A DNA stretch of 64,000 nucleotides from Priapulus caudatus. Taxonomy: Eukaryota. Shown here in pieces: positions 12,088 to 25,100 of the stretch. The stretch spans positions 360,151 to 424,150 of the forward strand of contig NW_014577083.1 in assembly GCF_000485595.1 (NCBI RefSeq). Direction: 5' to 3'. The notes under the pieces were generated by a model. The model did not search any database, was not told the DNA's origin, and saw only the letters and a program-made list of their open reading frames with translations. The first letter of the stretch is position 1. Each line of letters opens with the position of its first letter. The translations under genes and the position numbers were made by a program.

Positions 12088-13769
12088 GACGACGAAGCGG
12101 TCTTGATTTCTACAAGCAGTCAAGCGAGCGGCACATGAGAACCCGTGAATAATATAACCATGAGATAATACTTTAGAACTACGCACAATATTTCCTACTG
12201 CGACATTACATTATGAGTTATGTATGATATATAAATGTACAGTTAAACTGTTTGCCAATTTCTCATCTTTGCAGCCGCAAGCATTCCGTACGATGTGAAT
12301 ATGGGGGTGATTATTGCGGTATTGTGGTGGTCCAAATACTATTGTCGATGTTATTGCTATAGTTTACAAATTATTGCAAACTATTGCCAGTGCCATACTA
12401 ATAGTGTATTATGAGATTGTGTATCGTATTGTGAATTGCATCAAGCCTCGTTTTGGCTCACCTTATTTACTAATACTAGTTTTAAAATGGTACTCTGCTA
12501 TTCTGCTCACAGTCACACACGTGTGCATAGCAAGTGAGCAACAAATAATGAAGGGTGAGTCATGGTTTTTAGGCATTTGCACGTGCAAAAGAATACATTT
12601 AGCAGTAAATAAACTAACCAGGTATTTTAATGTTGCAAACATCAAAACCTATCAATTGTTCGGCGAAAAATTCGGCAATCGATTTTTAACTATTGCATTG
12701 CATATTGGCATCTTCGCTATTGGGAAACACTTTCAGAATTGATAGTTCGATGTATCATTACACTTGTAGGTGTGGGAAAGAGTATGGGTGCATACAAAGT
12801 AATTGTTTCCAACAGACGAATTGTCTCATACAACATAATATTTATAGTTAAGTCTATAATTGGTATAGCATATTTCTTCCTGAGCTGATTACATCATACT
12901 CATTCATTCTACTGTTACTAAGATATCAACAGTACATTAAAGCTATGATAGCATGAATCGTTGACACCCTCAAGCCACTTACTACTACCATGCCAGTTGT
13001 CATTTGTTGCGTGCCTGTCTACGAAGCAAATGTCCCAACTAAAGTAAACATCACGATTACAAATAAAATATATTCTACGTTGGATTTTTTTTTGTCTCTC
13101 AACTAGGCAATAATTGTATCCTCATTTGTATGACACTGGCAAAAACAAATGTGAAGATGCATATATTTACATGTTTTCTCTTGCAAATCAAAAGACCGCA
13201 TCGTGACAATGTGAGATAGAGTTGCCATGCAATCGAGTAGGAACTATAAAACCGTGTTAACACAACAAAAGGGATGTACGTGGTAGATACCTTGCGTTTT
13301 TGCGATGTGGCCGCAACAGGTGTGTAACCCATGTATAATTTAACTGTATTATCCCTCCCTTCAAACATGGATTAGAATATTTAAACTGGATGAATGAATA
13401 CGACCATGCTACGCATGTACATGCATATATCCAGGTATATTAATATATTCTACAGTAATTCTTTCCGCATGCATGAACAGCACTATGATGTGTTGGACAC
13501 TATGCAGCAATGTCCTGAGAGCGAAGGTGAGATCAATAAAATAATGATTACATAGGTACTATGCACTGTTGGCTCATACTGTCTATAGATGTGCAGGCCT
13601 GCGGCAACTGTACGCGGGCTATAGTACTAGAGCTACTATAGATGCTACACTGTGCGAAACATTGCTGTTTCATAATGTTACGTACGTGTTTACGTAAATA
13701 CGACATTCCACAATGTTTGTTTTGTTGTTAATTACGTTTAATAGTGTTTATCTATATTGTCGTTACTAA

Positions 13770-14016
13770 AAACATTCTGTTTAAATATTGCTCATCATAG
13801 TAATTATTATTGCTTACTTATTGTCTAACGATTATGCAGTTGTGAATCCTTTTGATTTTATAACTTTATATTAGTATTATTCAAACACAAATTAATTGTT
13901 CAGTTATAACTGAACAATAAAGTTATAAAATTAAAAGGATTCACAACTGCATAATCGTTAGACAATAAGTAAGCAATAATAATTACTATGATGAGCAATA
14001 TTTAAACAGAATGTTT
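13770..14016. repeat. Foldback palindrome with ~100-bp arms
   Basis: 13770-13870 is a near-perfect reverse complement of 13917-14016. The spacer holds the perfect palindrome ATTGTTCAGTTATAACTGAACAAT. Confidence 0.9.
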
Positions 14017-14882
14017 ATACTCTCATAACGTACACATAATAACTATAATGTAATAATAACTGTTAATAAATAACCATATACACACTAAATTATGTTTATT
14101 ATATGCACGAATATTCTGTTAGAACCCGTCTACTTTATTATTTTTCTACTCTTATGACAGTTGCCCGCGTACTTTATAATTTTTCCAGTGGATCGATGGC
14201 CGACTAGATGACCGTATGGTCCTTTCGTCATCCCTTCACTATATTGTTTACTATTTGCTTTGTTAAAATCCTTGTAATTACTACTATTGAATCTTACGTT
14301 ATTACATTATTATTATATTGTTTTTATTATATAATTTATTTTATAATTATTATATAATATATTACATTATTATTATAACGTGTAGATGATACAAGAACAT
14401 AGCATAAGATACTAAACTATACAAGTGCCGCGGAGAGACAGCGCTCATCTAACGTCTACAGCGGTGACTCTGTGGTGGAGTGGTGGGATTCTAGCTGCAG
14501 AGCTAATAATGACAAATTTGTCATTATTAGCTCCTGATTCTAGTAAACCCTGTTAGTCCCAAATGTGTTCATATACGCGCCGAAACAGTGGAAGGCACAG
14601 GGATGGTATCAAGAACCTTCTCAAAGGAAAGTTCGTTGGGATCGTTATGAAAGTTGCCACGAGATGACGCGTACATCTAAGTGTCTTAAGATTAAAGATG
14701 GAAGCTCCCATCGTACGTAGTAGCAACAACTATTTGCAAGACAGAATAGGTAAACACTCATCCATTTACCTACGCAAGCCTACAGGCCGAAATAGAGAGC
14801 TGTCACCTGTAACTAATTAACGCAGGCAAAAACTACACAGTGCTATCACCACCACATGCACTGGCAGTGGCATAAGTTACAT

Positions 14883-14922
14883 CAGGAGTAGATAATAGGG
14901 TATTTCCTATTATCTACTCCTG
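14883..14922. mobile_element. 40-bp TIR-only element
   Basis: CAGGAGTAGATAATAGG-gtattt-CCTATTATCTACTCCTG, flanked by GTTACAT / GTTCCAT (7-bp TSD, 1 mismatch). Confidence 0.7.
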
Positions 14923-15494
14923 GTTCCATGTAACACACCCNNNNNNNNNNTTTTTTGGACCTTGCCTTTAGGCATCGCGACATGCTGATTAAGAATATAT
15001 ATGGTGTTGGGGGTGAACTCTTACGTGGGGGGAGAAGATAGACAGACAGACAGACACAAAAACAGGCTCGCCCTTTATATAAGAGATAGCCGAGTCGGTG
15101 TACAGTTAGTGACAGGTTAACTGTGCATTGTCAGGTTAACTTGTGTACTGTCTGCAGTGCATGCGTGGTACGGTAAAAATACACGCGTCGGATGTCCTGG
15201 TCGAACGGCAATTCTTAACGGTCGATTCCCGCGCTGGCAAACTTTTATTGTGGTGGAATTTGAACGGGGCGGAGGTAATTTAAACGGGGCGCAACGATTC
15301 AAACAGGGGGGAGTTTTCCCAAACGGGGCGCGCGCGCCCCGTTTGCGCAACGTAGGGAGAACCCTGACACCGACTGTACAGAATGCCATAGAAATTATAC
15401 GATTTAAGGAGCATAAACCTTCTTCAACCAAATTTAACTTTTGAAATTTCACTGTGACATTGTAGCCTCATACATCCAGGCATGTATAGATTCT

Positions 15495-16120
15495 ACTAGC
15501 AAACCCAGGCAGTCAAATTCTTTCTAACAGTAAACAAATCCATGTTTAACCCTCCTCTTGAGGGTCAATAACTTATCCGACACTTACTATTTGCATGTCA
15601 GCAGAAAGTACATTTCATGGTCCTTTCAATAAAGCCATAAAAATGCTAGGTCACCGCTGAAACATAAAAGTTTTTCAATCGCTCCGTCAGACCATGTCCT
15701 CAGAAAATGTCTAAAATCTGCCCTGTGCCCATTGACCTTTGACCTGTGACCTCCAATTTCGGCACAGTGATGGCTTTTCCTACCATGATGCTATACACCG
15801 ACTATCACGAGCCTATGTCGAGACTCGAGCCGTTTAGATTTGTGCCGCAATTCTGCATTTCCTCCCTAGACCTTAAGTTAAGGAGAAGTACCCCCTTCTT
15901 TTACACCTGTTGACCTTTGACCTTTAACCCCCAGCTTCGACATCCCAACTCGTTTTCGGATTACCCCCCACGTCCCGAATATCGTGACCGTACGTCGAGC
16001 GGTTAAGATTTGTGCCCAACTGTTGACGCACGGACGGACGCACGGACGGATGGCCGGACAGACGCACTGACGATCATGCGATTCTACAAGCTGCACCTGA
16101 CTACGTCAGATGAGCTAACA
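15495..16120 (-). mobile_element. Helentron-associated element (HINE family B, Pearl/CvA-like)
   Basis: Minus-strand 5' end TTAGCTCATCTGACGTAGTCAGGTGCAGCT hairpin, followed by a (GTCC)-type microsatellite, TGACCTTTGACCT core motifs and a CTAGT end. Related copies at about 27620-27940 and 47774-48480. Confidence 0.7.
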
Positions 16121-17388
16121 ACAATATACGATTCAGAAACATTTCTTGAATGCCACGCACATGTTAACCAGCCAATATATCATAAATCTACATTAATTTT
16201 TTAATACAAAATTTTTATATGTTTAATACGTTGTTTTCTGAAATCAAGCAATAATTAATGTCCGCTTTCGGTATACGTGGATCCTACCTTTGATTTTGCT
16301 GGAAAAAGTTGTATATGTACATGATCGGTCCGATATGATGACTCATAAGTATATCTATACAGCTGCGCTCTTCTCTTTATATAAATATATATGAATCCTA
16401 TTAACTTGCGACAGCCACACAATCCGCCTCAGCGGCGACGTCACTGCACTGTGAGAACGCGTGTGCCTTATACTGCTAGTCCCTCTATCTGCAAATGGAG
16501 TATTGAGTCGGCAGCGCAGGAGCACTCACTATAATGCCACCCGTCTGACTGCGCCACTGTCGACAGGATACACTGTAATCTGTTTACGGCCAACGGCTAG
16601 AAATTGAGATAGCTATCTACCTCACTATTGTAAGATATAGAGAGAGAGATGGAGCGAGGAGAGGGATACTTAAAAAAATTATTGTTCTTTAGATAAAAAA
16701 AGTCCACAGTTTGCCACAAACAATAATTTCTTCAACTACTAAAATAAATATTATATTACAACGACAATATCTTGCGGCAAAACACATCTAAACCCACTAA
16801 AACGAATCTACTTGTATTCCCTAGAAAGAGAATCAATTTTGTGATTTTGGATGCCTCAACCATTCACCATAGAAGCATGCACCTAATACAAAAACAACTA
16901 GTAAAACCCATGCAGAGGGGATCGAAGTAACAGCAAACGACGAACTGCGTACGTGAGCCTTTGATAGTGGCAACATATAGCCACCACAGAACAAATGTAG
17001 TTGGCCGATTAGGCGAAGGATCACTACTACTAAACATAATCTGTAGCGAGCGTAAATATAATTACGGTGAAATAAGTGCCTGTCCACAAGCCCCATAAGT
17101 ATAGCCATAAACCAATGTACACTAATAACCTATGTATACTATATATAGACAGGTATGACAGTATATATCCGTCTCCATGATATATGATCGTTGTGCGATG
17201 GTACATGATGATTTGTTTACAACTTAAAACCAGAAAAAAAGAATTTTGCATTAGAAGACACGTGCCGAGTGCAAGTTATCTTGAAGGAATAATATCATTT
17301 TCCGCGAAGCAGATAATAGGGATATGCAATCGTAAGGAAATCCAGATGGCACTATATTAAATGCAAATGGTCCAAACAGGTAAAATAT

Positions 17389-17600
17389 GGAGCTCCATTA
17401 AGAGTGTTTCCAACATTGATATCATTAATAATGAATGATGAATGATTAATGATTGATAACCCTAACCCTAACCCTAACCCTAACCTAAATGACATTAAAC
17501 CACAAACTAATATATGACCATGACCATATATATATAATATATATGTTATTATGACCATTAATGACATTAAAGTTGGGAACACTCCTAATGGAGTATCGCC
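17389..17600. mobile_element. MITE with ~40-bp TIRs, GG..CC termini and internal (TAACCC)n
   Basis: Arms CTCCATTAAGAGTGTTTCCAACATT.. / ..AAAGTTGGGAACACTCCTAATGGAG. Flanks TAAAATAT / CAAAATAT (8-bp TSD, 1 mismatch). Confidence 0.7.
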
Positions 17601-17647
17601 CAAAATATGGCAAGTAGTAGCATGTCGCTAAGTAGGTACATATATAT

Positions 17648-17714
17648 CAGGGGTTAATAACTTAATAATGACAAATTGTCATTATTTATAATAATTTGTC
17701 ATTATTAACCCCTG
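17648..17714. mobile_element. 67-bp TIR-only element
   Basis: CAGGGGTTAATAA..TGACAAA / TTTGTCATTATTAACCCCTG, flanked by ATATATAT on both sides. Shares its TIR core with the palindrome at 14495-14536. Confidence 0.7.
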
Positions 17715-19148
17715 ATATATATGTTAACGTTGGAGAAAAAATATCGACACGTTTAAATGATGTCTATACCGTATCACTGTAATTCGTTATACCCACCAAT
17801 GGAGCAACATACTATAAGTTCTCTAAATTAAAGGAACCAGGCAGTGCAATATTAATGAACGGGTAAACGGCCTGTATGCAGCCGGCATCGTGTTTTGAGT
17901 GACGTCATAAAATTTATTTTCAGCTTTTATTCTGCAAATCAACTAGTTTTGCAAGCAGTGCTCACTTGTCATAGCCAACTGATTCTAAACACTGTCAGAG
18001 GAAAATCTATAATCTCGTGTAAAATATGGCTTACTTGTGTAGTATTTGATGAAAAATACAACTATGTATAACGTTTAAAGGCGAACAAAAACCTAGGTTT
18101 AAAGCACAATTCCAGTTAAAATAGGTTCACTTTTAAGGTTGAGATTTCAAAAAATATTTTAAAACTGACGATGTCCATTTGCTTGAATGCAGACGGTGGC
18201 TTCTACTAGCCATCATCATCAGCGATCACAATGGGCCAAGGAATAGATAAAATCATATCAAACGCAGGAAGCAATTTCAGCCAAAAATTTGCATAGGCAA
18301 ATGTGCTATTACAAAATAATTTTGCAGTAGAATTGGATAATTGTGTATAGCATTTTTTTATAACGACATGCAGCAGTTGCAAATTTACACGGCGTCGGCT
18401 GCTGGCGTGTTATGCGTGTCGGCCTGTGACAGGCACAGCTACGTTAACCTAGGACCACTAGGATTCTGCCGCTGCCCCGGCATCGTTTAAACAGCGTGCG
18501 AGTGGCATCGCCCGCGTCGTCAATGTCGAGTGAAAATATATCGGGCGGCGAGTGAAAGCTAAAGCTGACTCGCCCATGTGGGCGAGTAAAAATTTGTTAG
18601 AACTTTATCAAATGTTGGTTCTTACGTTTATTAATCCAAACATTGATGAAATGCAGTTCTAGGATTGTGAAGGGCGGCTATGCCGACCTCGCCACGACAT
18701 CCTCTACCTTAGTATTATCAAAGGTCGCCGAAGAAAGCAGCCGCGAGAGCGCGCAGCGCAGCCACAGCGTGGCTGTGTTAATTACGTGCCTGGGGGCGGC
18801 ATATTGATTGATGTATCGGGGGGGGGGGAGAGGGGGGGGGGGGGGTGGCAGGATTGTTTAAAAGTACGTGGCTTGTGTTAACAAATCATAAAATCCGCGT
18901 CACGTGGCATTTATTGACGGGGCAAGCAGCCCGAGATAAAAGTAAATTGTAAACATGTTATGGTTACCGTTTTACATCTCGCATGGGCTGCATCGCACAG
19001 ACTGGATTCATTAAAAAAAATATGCGTAGGCAATGGCTGAAAATACCATCGAGCGAATTGGCGATGCGATACGGGAAATTATTCCACCTGAAGACGCAAG
19101 AGCATTTGGCTAGGGAGGGAGAAAAAGGCGATGAGATAGATGGCATAG

Positions 19149-22100
19149 CATTACATACGATATAAGAGATCATTATATATCATCATATCAAGTATATTAT
19201 AGATGCAAAGCCATTTCGATTTGCGCGCGAAATTCCCATTTCCTACTGTGACTCAAGTTAAGGGGATAATAATTCCCTTACTCCACGTTTCTATACTTTG
19301 ACTTTGACACTATATCTCTATCCAAAGAATGACGAACAGACGTAGCTATATCAGCAAGAAATATTAGTGTAGATATTGTTTGCAGTTCACGTACAACAGA
19401 AATGCCGACGTTGTTGCGCTAGAATGCGAATTGCACCAGGAACAGACACAAGCAAGTAATGACCCTGTAGCTACTTGTGCACTGTATAGTAATGACCCTC
19501 ATTAGGCACAGGTACTGCACACGAAGGCCGTAACATAATAAAGAAAGTAACAGTCTCTTTTCTCCAGAAGTGATTTGCTCATAGCGGTTTGTTAAATTTA
19601 TGTTTAAGCTCATATATTTTTAGAAGTATGTAGAGGAAGCTAAACGGAGACCTACGAATGTCATTAAATATGCGCCCAGCTCAGACATAAAGACCCTTAG
19701 CGAGATCAGCAGATAGATTCACTACCATAATCCCGATTAAAATAAGTTCATAGAGAAAACACGTAATGTTTTCTTTACAAATTATTTCAATATGGATTCT
19801 TTTTTATATATATATAATATATTTCTTTATTTATTTATTTATTTATAAAAGTGATGGCTCTGACTTGGATAAGTCACGGCATCAACATCAGACGGCAAAA
19901 ATTTTCGCATGGCAACTGAAAGTGTCAATGACACTGATAGGCTACCACAAAAAAAGACACAATGAGGCGGCGAGTGAGAAGAAGTCAGTTTGATTGAGCA
20001 ACCATCGACGGTACATTATAGAAACGAAGAGTATATATGGGAGAAATTCCTTATATACTCTTGATAATTATGTGTAATTTTTTATGTGAAAATAATATAT
20101 AATTTATTAACAAAAATGAATCACATTTTGACGTAGAGTGGGCGGCTTATACCGCTTTGATGGTTCTTCGCAATAAAATCATTAATGATAATAAATAATA
20201 ATATAATAATATAGTATAAATATAATATGTTTCATTCAGCAGCAATTTGGCATTAATTATATTGTAATGTAATCTTGTAAAACGAAGCCAGATGAGTTAG
20301 ACACAGTCACAGACTGTTTGTTTATTGCGTGTCTATATAATAGCTATATAATTGCAAAGCCTCTACTAGTTGCATAATTTTTGTTTGTTTAATATCAAAA
20401 CCCCTAGCGGCCTTATTCTTCACGTACCAAAATAAGCAAAATCGTTGAACGTGAAGTGACAATGCATTCCCATTTTTGCCAAAAGAATTGCCGGTGGCTC
20501 GAAAAGAGTGACGTCGCTGGCGTGCTCCAAATAGGACGTTTAATATGGGCGGCATAGCATGGAAACTGATAAAACCCATTTCTAAACATGTGGTCAAACG
20601 GTTTGCCTGAGTTAATCGTTGATCGTAGGCCAATGTTGACGGACGGACGACGGAAGGACGAGGACGACGACGCATGGCAATATAGCTGCAGCTTGACGAT
20701 GTCAAGGTGAGCTAAAAATAGGTGACGCCGTTGGCACGCCTTATTTGGCATATCATATGGGAGAGCAGAGCATTTTTTCCTAGCGGTTTTTATGGTCTAT
20801 TTTTTACAGCTGATGTTTTCCTAATGATACTATCATATAGAACTCTGATCGTGTGAAATGAGCCAATGCGATGTTGTTATGTCAACTGACGAGCTGTTCC
20901 AAGTTCACACAGCACATACGGAGCTAAGTATTTTGGCCATTGATAAGTAATAGCATAATGCAAATATTATTAGCTTTTCCTGACTTTGTGACTGTGCCCT
21001 TATATCTTCAGAACTATTGCTAATTGGATGCCCTTCCAGCATAAAGGGCGAGATGGGTTCCAAAAATACCATGATAGTTCTGATGTGTCTTGGCTCAACT
21101 TGGATTGGCCTCTCTCATGTCCGCTTTCTCATGCTTAAACTTTATAAGAAAATATACCTGAACATTATAAATTATTGTCTTTATTATATACTAGTATTTA
21201 AAAGTTATGAGCATTATGTTTTCATATAACAAACTGCGACAGCTATAGGTACTGTATTGATTGAGGTATTGTCTATGTTCTTTGAATCAATAAAATGTAC
21301 TGTGGCTTACGCATCATCAATAACATTTCCTTGCACATGTTGTATTGTAGGGCTGCATGCTAATTACACAGTAAGGGGCGCTTCTAGTCCGACAAGGTTG
21401 TGGCGGCTAATTAGCGCTGCCTCGATATTATTGTAATAACTGAACATAAGACTCCGTGGCTCGTATTATATATACCGAACCTCCACCATATGTTGTATTC
21501 TATTTAGGTGATAACCTCAGCTCCGGAATCGTAAGCAGGCATAGATTTAGCATATGGTAAGAGATGTTTCGTAGATAGCAGGTAGAGTAGCGTGTAGAGT
21601 TCTTGTCGATAGAGCTGTAGTGCGGCATATTAGTTATTGAACTCTGGTCTTTATTAGTACTACTGCCGTCAAACAACGACAAATATATACATACTACGGC
21701 AACAAGGTACCGCATGCCTAGGTTACGTCGTCCTCGTCTTCCGTTCTTCTAGATCTTAATAGTAAACTGCGGCATGTAATGAACTAATTATTAATTTGCT
21801 CATCTGCTGTATGTGCCGTGTCTCATGATTTCTTGCCTCAACAGTCCGTAGGTGGGGTTGCGAATATAATATATACGAGCCACGGAGCTTATGTTTATTA
21901 CAATAATATCGAGGAGCGTATTAACGGCAGCACGCACTCGTCAGGCTAGAAAGCGCGCTGGTTAACTAGAAAGGGAGTTGTCGCAACAACTATCCCGTGA
22001 TCTAGTATTGAAATGAAATATCTCTGTAAGGACGTAGAAGGTAGGCAAAGATTAAATAAGTCACAAAGACAAAGGTTTGTTACACAACTCATTCTGCCTG

Positions 22101-25100
22101 AGATGTGCAAGTATATGTTAAATGGTTTTTGGCACGCGACACACTTCTCCCAAGATGTGTAAGTATACTGAAGTTTGGTCGCGCTAGGTCAATTAGGGCC
22201 GAGTTATAGAGGCGGAAGGGAAATATGATTCCGGTCAAGGTTAAAGGTCAAATAAGGTCGTAGTGACCTGGTTTGGTAGCGCTGCGGCAGCTTCTCAAGC
22301 AAGATGTGTAAGTTATCAAGTATGGTAGCGCTGGTCAATTAGGGGCCGAGTTATAGAGGGCGGAAGAAGAAATATATCAAGGTCAAAAAAGTCGTGTGAC
22401 CTGGTTTGGTACCTGCCACTTCTCCGCAACGATGTGTAATAGACCATGTTTGGTCACGTAGTCAATTAGGGTCGAGTATAGAGAGAAGGGAAAGTACTGC
22501 TGCGGTGGCGCAGAGCGGCAGGCGGCGGTGGACAGACATGAAACCATAGTATAGTATGCCCGCGACTTCGTCGGCGAGGATCAATTAGCACGTGCAGGCC
22601 CTCCAATACAACACACACTCATTATGTTATTGTACGTTGAATGTCATTCTAATTCATGTCAATAGGCCTCACACGTTAGGGGGGGGGGGGGGGGGGGGTA
22701 TGTACGCCTAGCTCACACACCGAGAAAAACGGGAATTTTGTTTTCAGCATTTCGCGTTCTGCTCGGAGCGAGGCAAGGGCACATACAGCCACCGCGACAC
22801 AGCACACGAGGCTGAGGCTAAAACATACAGAAACACTGCGTACCGCGCGGTGTCACATGAGCCTCAAAAATAGCCATGCCAATAGACATCGCATATTTGT
22901 GTAGTGTCATGTGATATTTTTAAGGATATTGATTGAGACGGTGCGGCGTCTGTGGCGTTCGCTGTGTAGCAGAACGATTGCGCACACACCGAGCAAAACG
23001 TACGCTTTTCAGGCGAAAACACGTTGCGAATCAAACATTGTGTTCAGGCTTGAACACGCTGGCAGCTGAGCAATGTTTTTTGTTTTGGGAATCCGCACAC
23101 AGCCACAGCACTTGAAGCGTTTCATAAATATAATGCTTAATAAATCGAAATCTGTAGTATTTTAGCCAAATTCTTAATGTTTCTTATACTCTCTTTCAAC
23201 CTATTATTGTCCGACAGTTTCCTGGTAATATCGTCCAAAATCCTACGTCAGGCATACGCTGCCGGCACATTGCTTTCGCGTGCGCGGACTGTTGCAGCGC
23301 TACAACTAATATATATAGTGTAACATAGTGTATACTGTATAGTGTCTTATATAATATATTAGTGTAAGCGTGCAACAGTCGCGCCGGCGAAAGCAATGCG
23401 CCGGCAGCGTATGTTGGAGTAGGATTTGGACGGCAATTGAGACAGGAAAGCTGTGGCAAGCCATATGTGACAGAGGTAATAGAAACATAAGAATTTGGTA
23501 GTAAATAGATTTCGTATTTAGTTAGGCATTTATAATTTTTTTGAAAGCTTCAAGTGCCTGTGGCACACAGCCACGAAACTCGAGCGACCACGTTTTTGGT
23601 CCACGTTCAGGTGTTTGCTCGGTGTGTGCGCTAGCTTTTTAGGTTGTGCTTTACGCTTATAGATCTTTACATTATGTTTTATTCATTTAACATTGTATAG
23701 ATTCTTGTACATACATACACTGTATTACATGTTCTTGTAGGCAGTAGTGTTTCACGCATGCAAATTATGTTCTCTTAAAACTCTTGCTCCTCTAAATTGC
23801 ACTATTATTTCAAGTCGCATTAATTTCTTATTCTCTTATAGCACTTCCTGAAATTCGCAAACATTATATTTTGGCCGCAAAAGCACAGATATATGATCAT
23901 GTATTATAATATAGATTATAGATAGCGCTAGACTGCGAGACGGCCGCGAGAAATTTCGTCAAGGAAATGCTATGTCGTGAAAAACAAAATTATGCTGTAA
24001 TATTATGTAGCGGCACGCTAAGCAGGCACGGTCGATGTGGCCAACGACATTACAGGCAACAGAGATAGCTGCTGAAGATAGCTAGATCAGGCGCCCTCAA
24101 AGTGCACGCTAGAACACTAAGGTAAAAAAACAGTCAATAGTATGCATCCCTGATTATTGTGAGTCGTACGGCCTGAAAACTTACACGCAATGAGCGAATT
24201 TTCCCTAAAAACATCCGACTAACAATGTGTAATTGGCAGGCATCTCGACTACATGCTATCAGGCGTGAAATAATAATAGGAAATGAGAAGAGTGTGAAGA
24301 GAGATAGAGAGACAGAGAATATCAAGAGTGAATAATATCTATTATTATATTCGCCTGCTAATCCTTGTGTTATTATCCCGTACGATTTCAAAATGAGATC
24401 GGAAACACAGAATTATACATTGATATATCAGGGTAAGTCTGGGTAGATTAATGAACAAATATAATGATATACTTCATAAATTCATACAGATACAAATATA
24501 ACTACAAATAACAAACAAAAACAACGTAACAAAAATGAAAGTATCAATGCACTGTAGCTCACACAAAGAAGGAATAAATGAGTGAGTGAGAGCTCAGTTT
24601 TAATTGAGCAAGCATCGACAGTACATTATAGAACGAAGAGTAATATGGGAGATACTCCCATTATAATAGCTCTTGATAATTTATGGTAATTTTTTATGTG
24701 AAAATAATAATAGATAATATATAACTAGAACGAGCAGTTTGTCGCAATACATGTATACGGCTGTGATCTAGTATGAATAGAAAATCTTGTAAGGAGTAGA
24801 AGGCAGGTAAAGTTAAATAAGTCAAAGAAAAGGTTTGTTAGACCTGGTGTGTCAGATGTGGAAGTAATATGGAATCTGGTTACCTAGGAGGCCGAAGAGA
24901 AATGTCAGTTTGACGGTCAAGGTCAAACTACAGGTCAAGGCAGTGTGGTTTTGGTATGGCGAGCAGACCTTCTCCAAGATGTGTAAGCATATTAAGTTTG
25001 GGTCGCCTCGGTTCAATTAGTGGGGCTGGAGTTTAGAGAGGCGGAAAGAAAATGATATCAAGGTCAAGGTAAAGGTGAAATAAAGGTCGAAGTGACTGGT

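Noticed and set aside
11193..12106. Plus-strand ORFs of 220, 122 and 84 aa
   Set aside because: They are antisense shadows of the GC-rich ERR exon and the adjacent microsatellite, with no recognisable domain.
17456..17487. (TAACCC)n as a telomere or fusion site (also 57967-57990, 58250-58272, 58562-58598)
   Set aside because: Only a few units, each lying inside a TIR-bounded MITE.
17828..17910. TTAA|AGGAACCAGG as the left end of a Kolobok element
   Set aside because: I could not find a matching right terminus.
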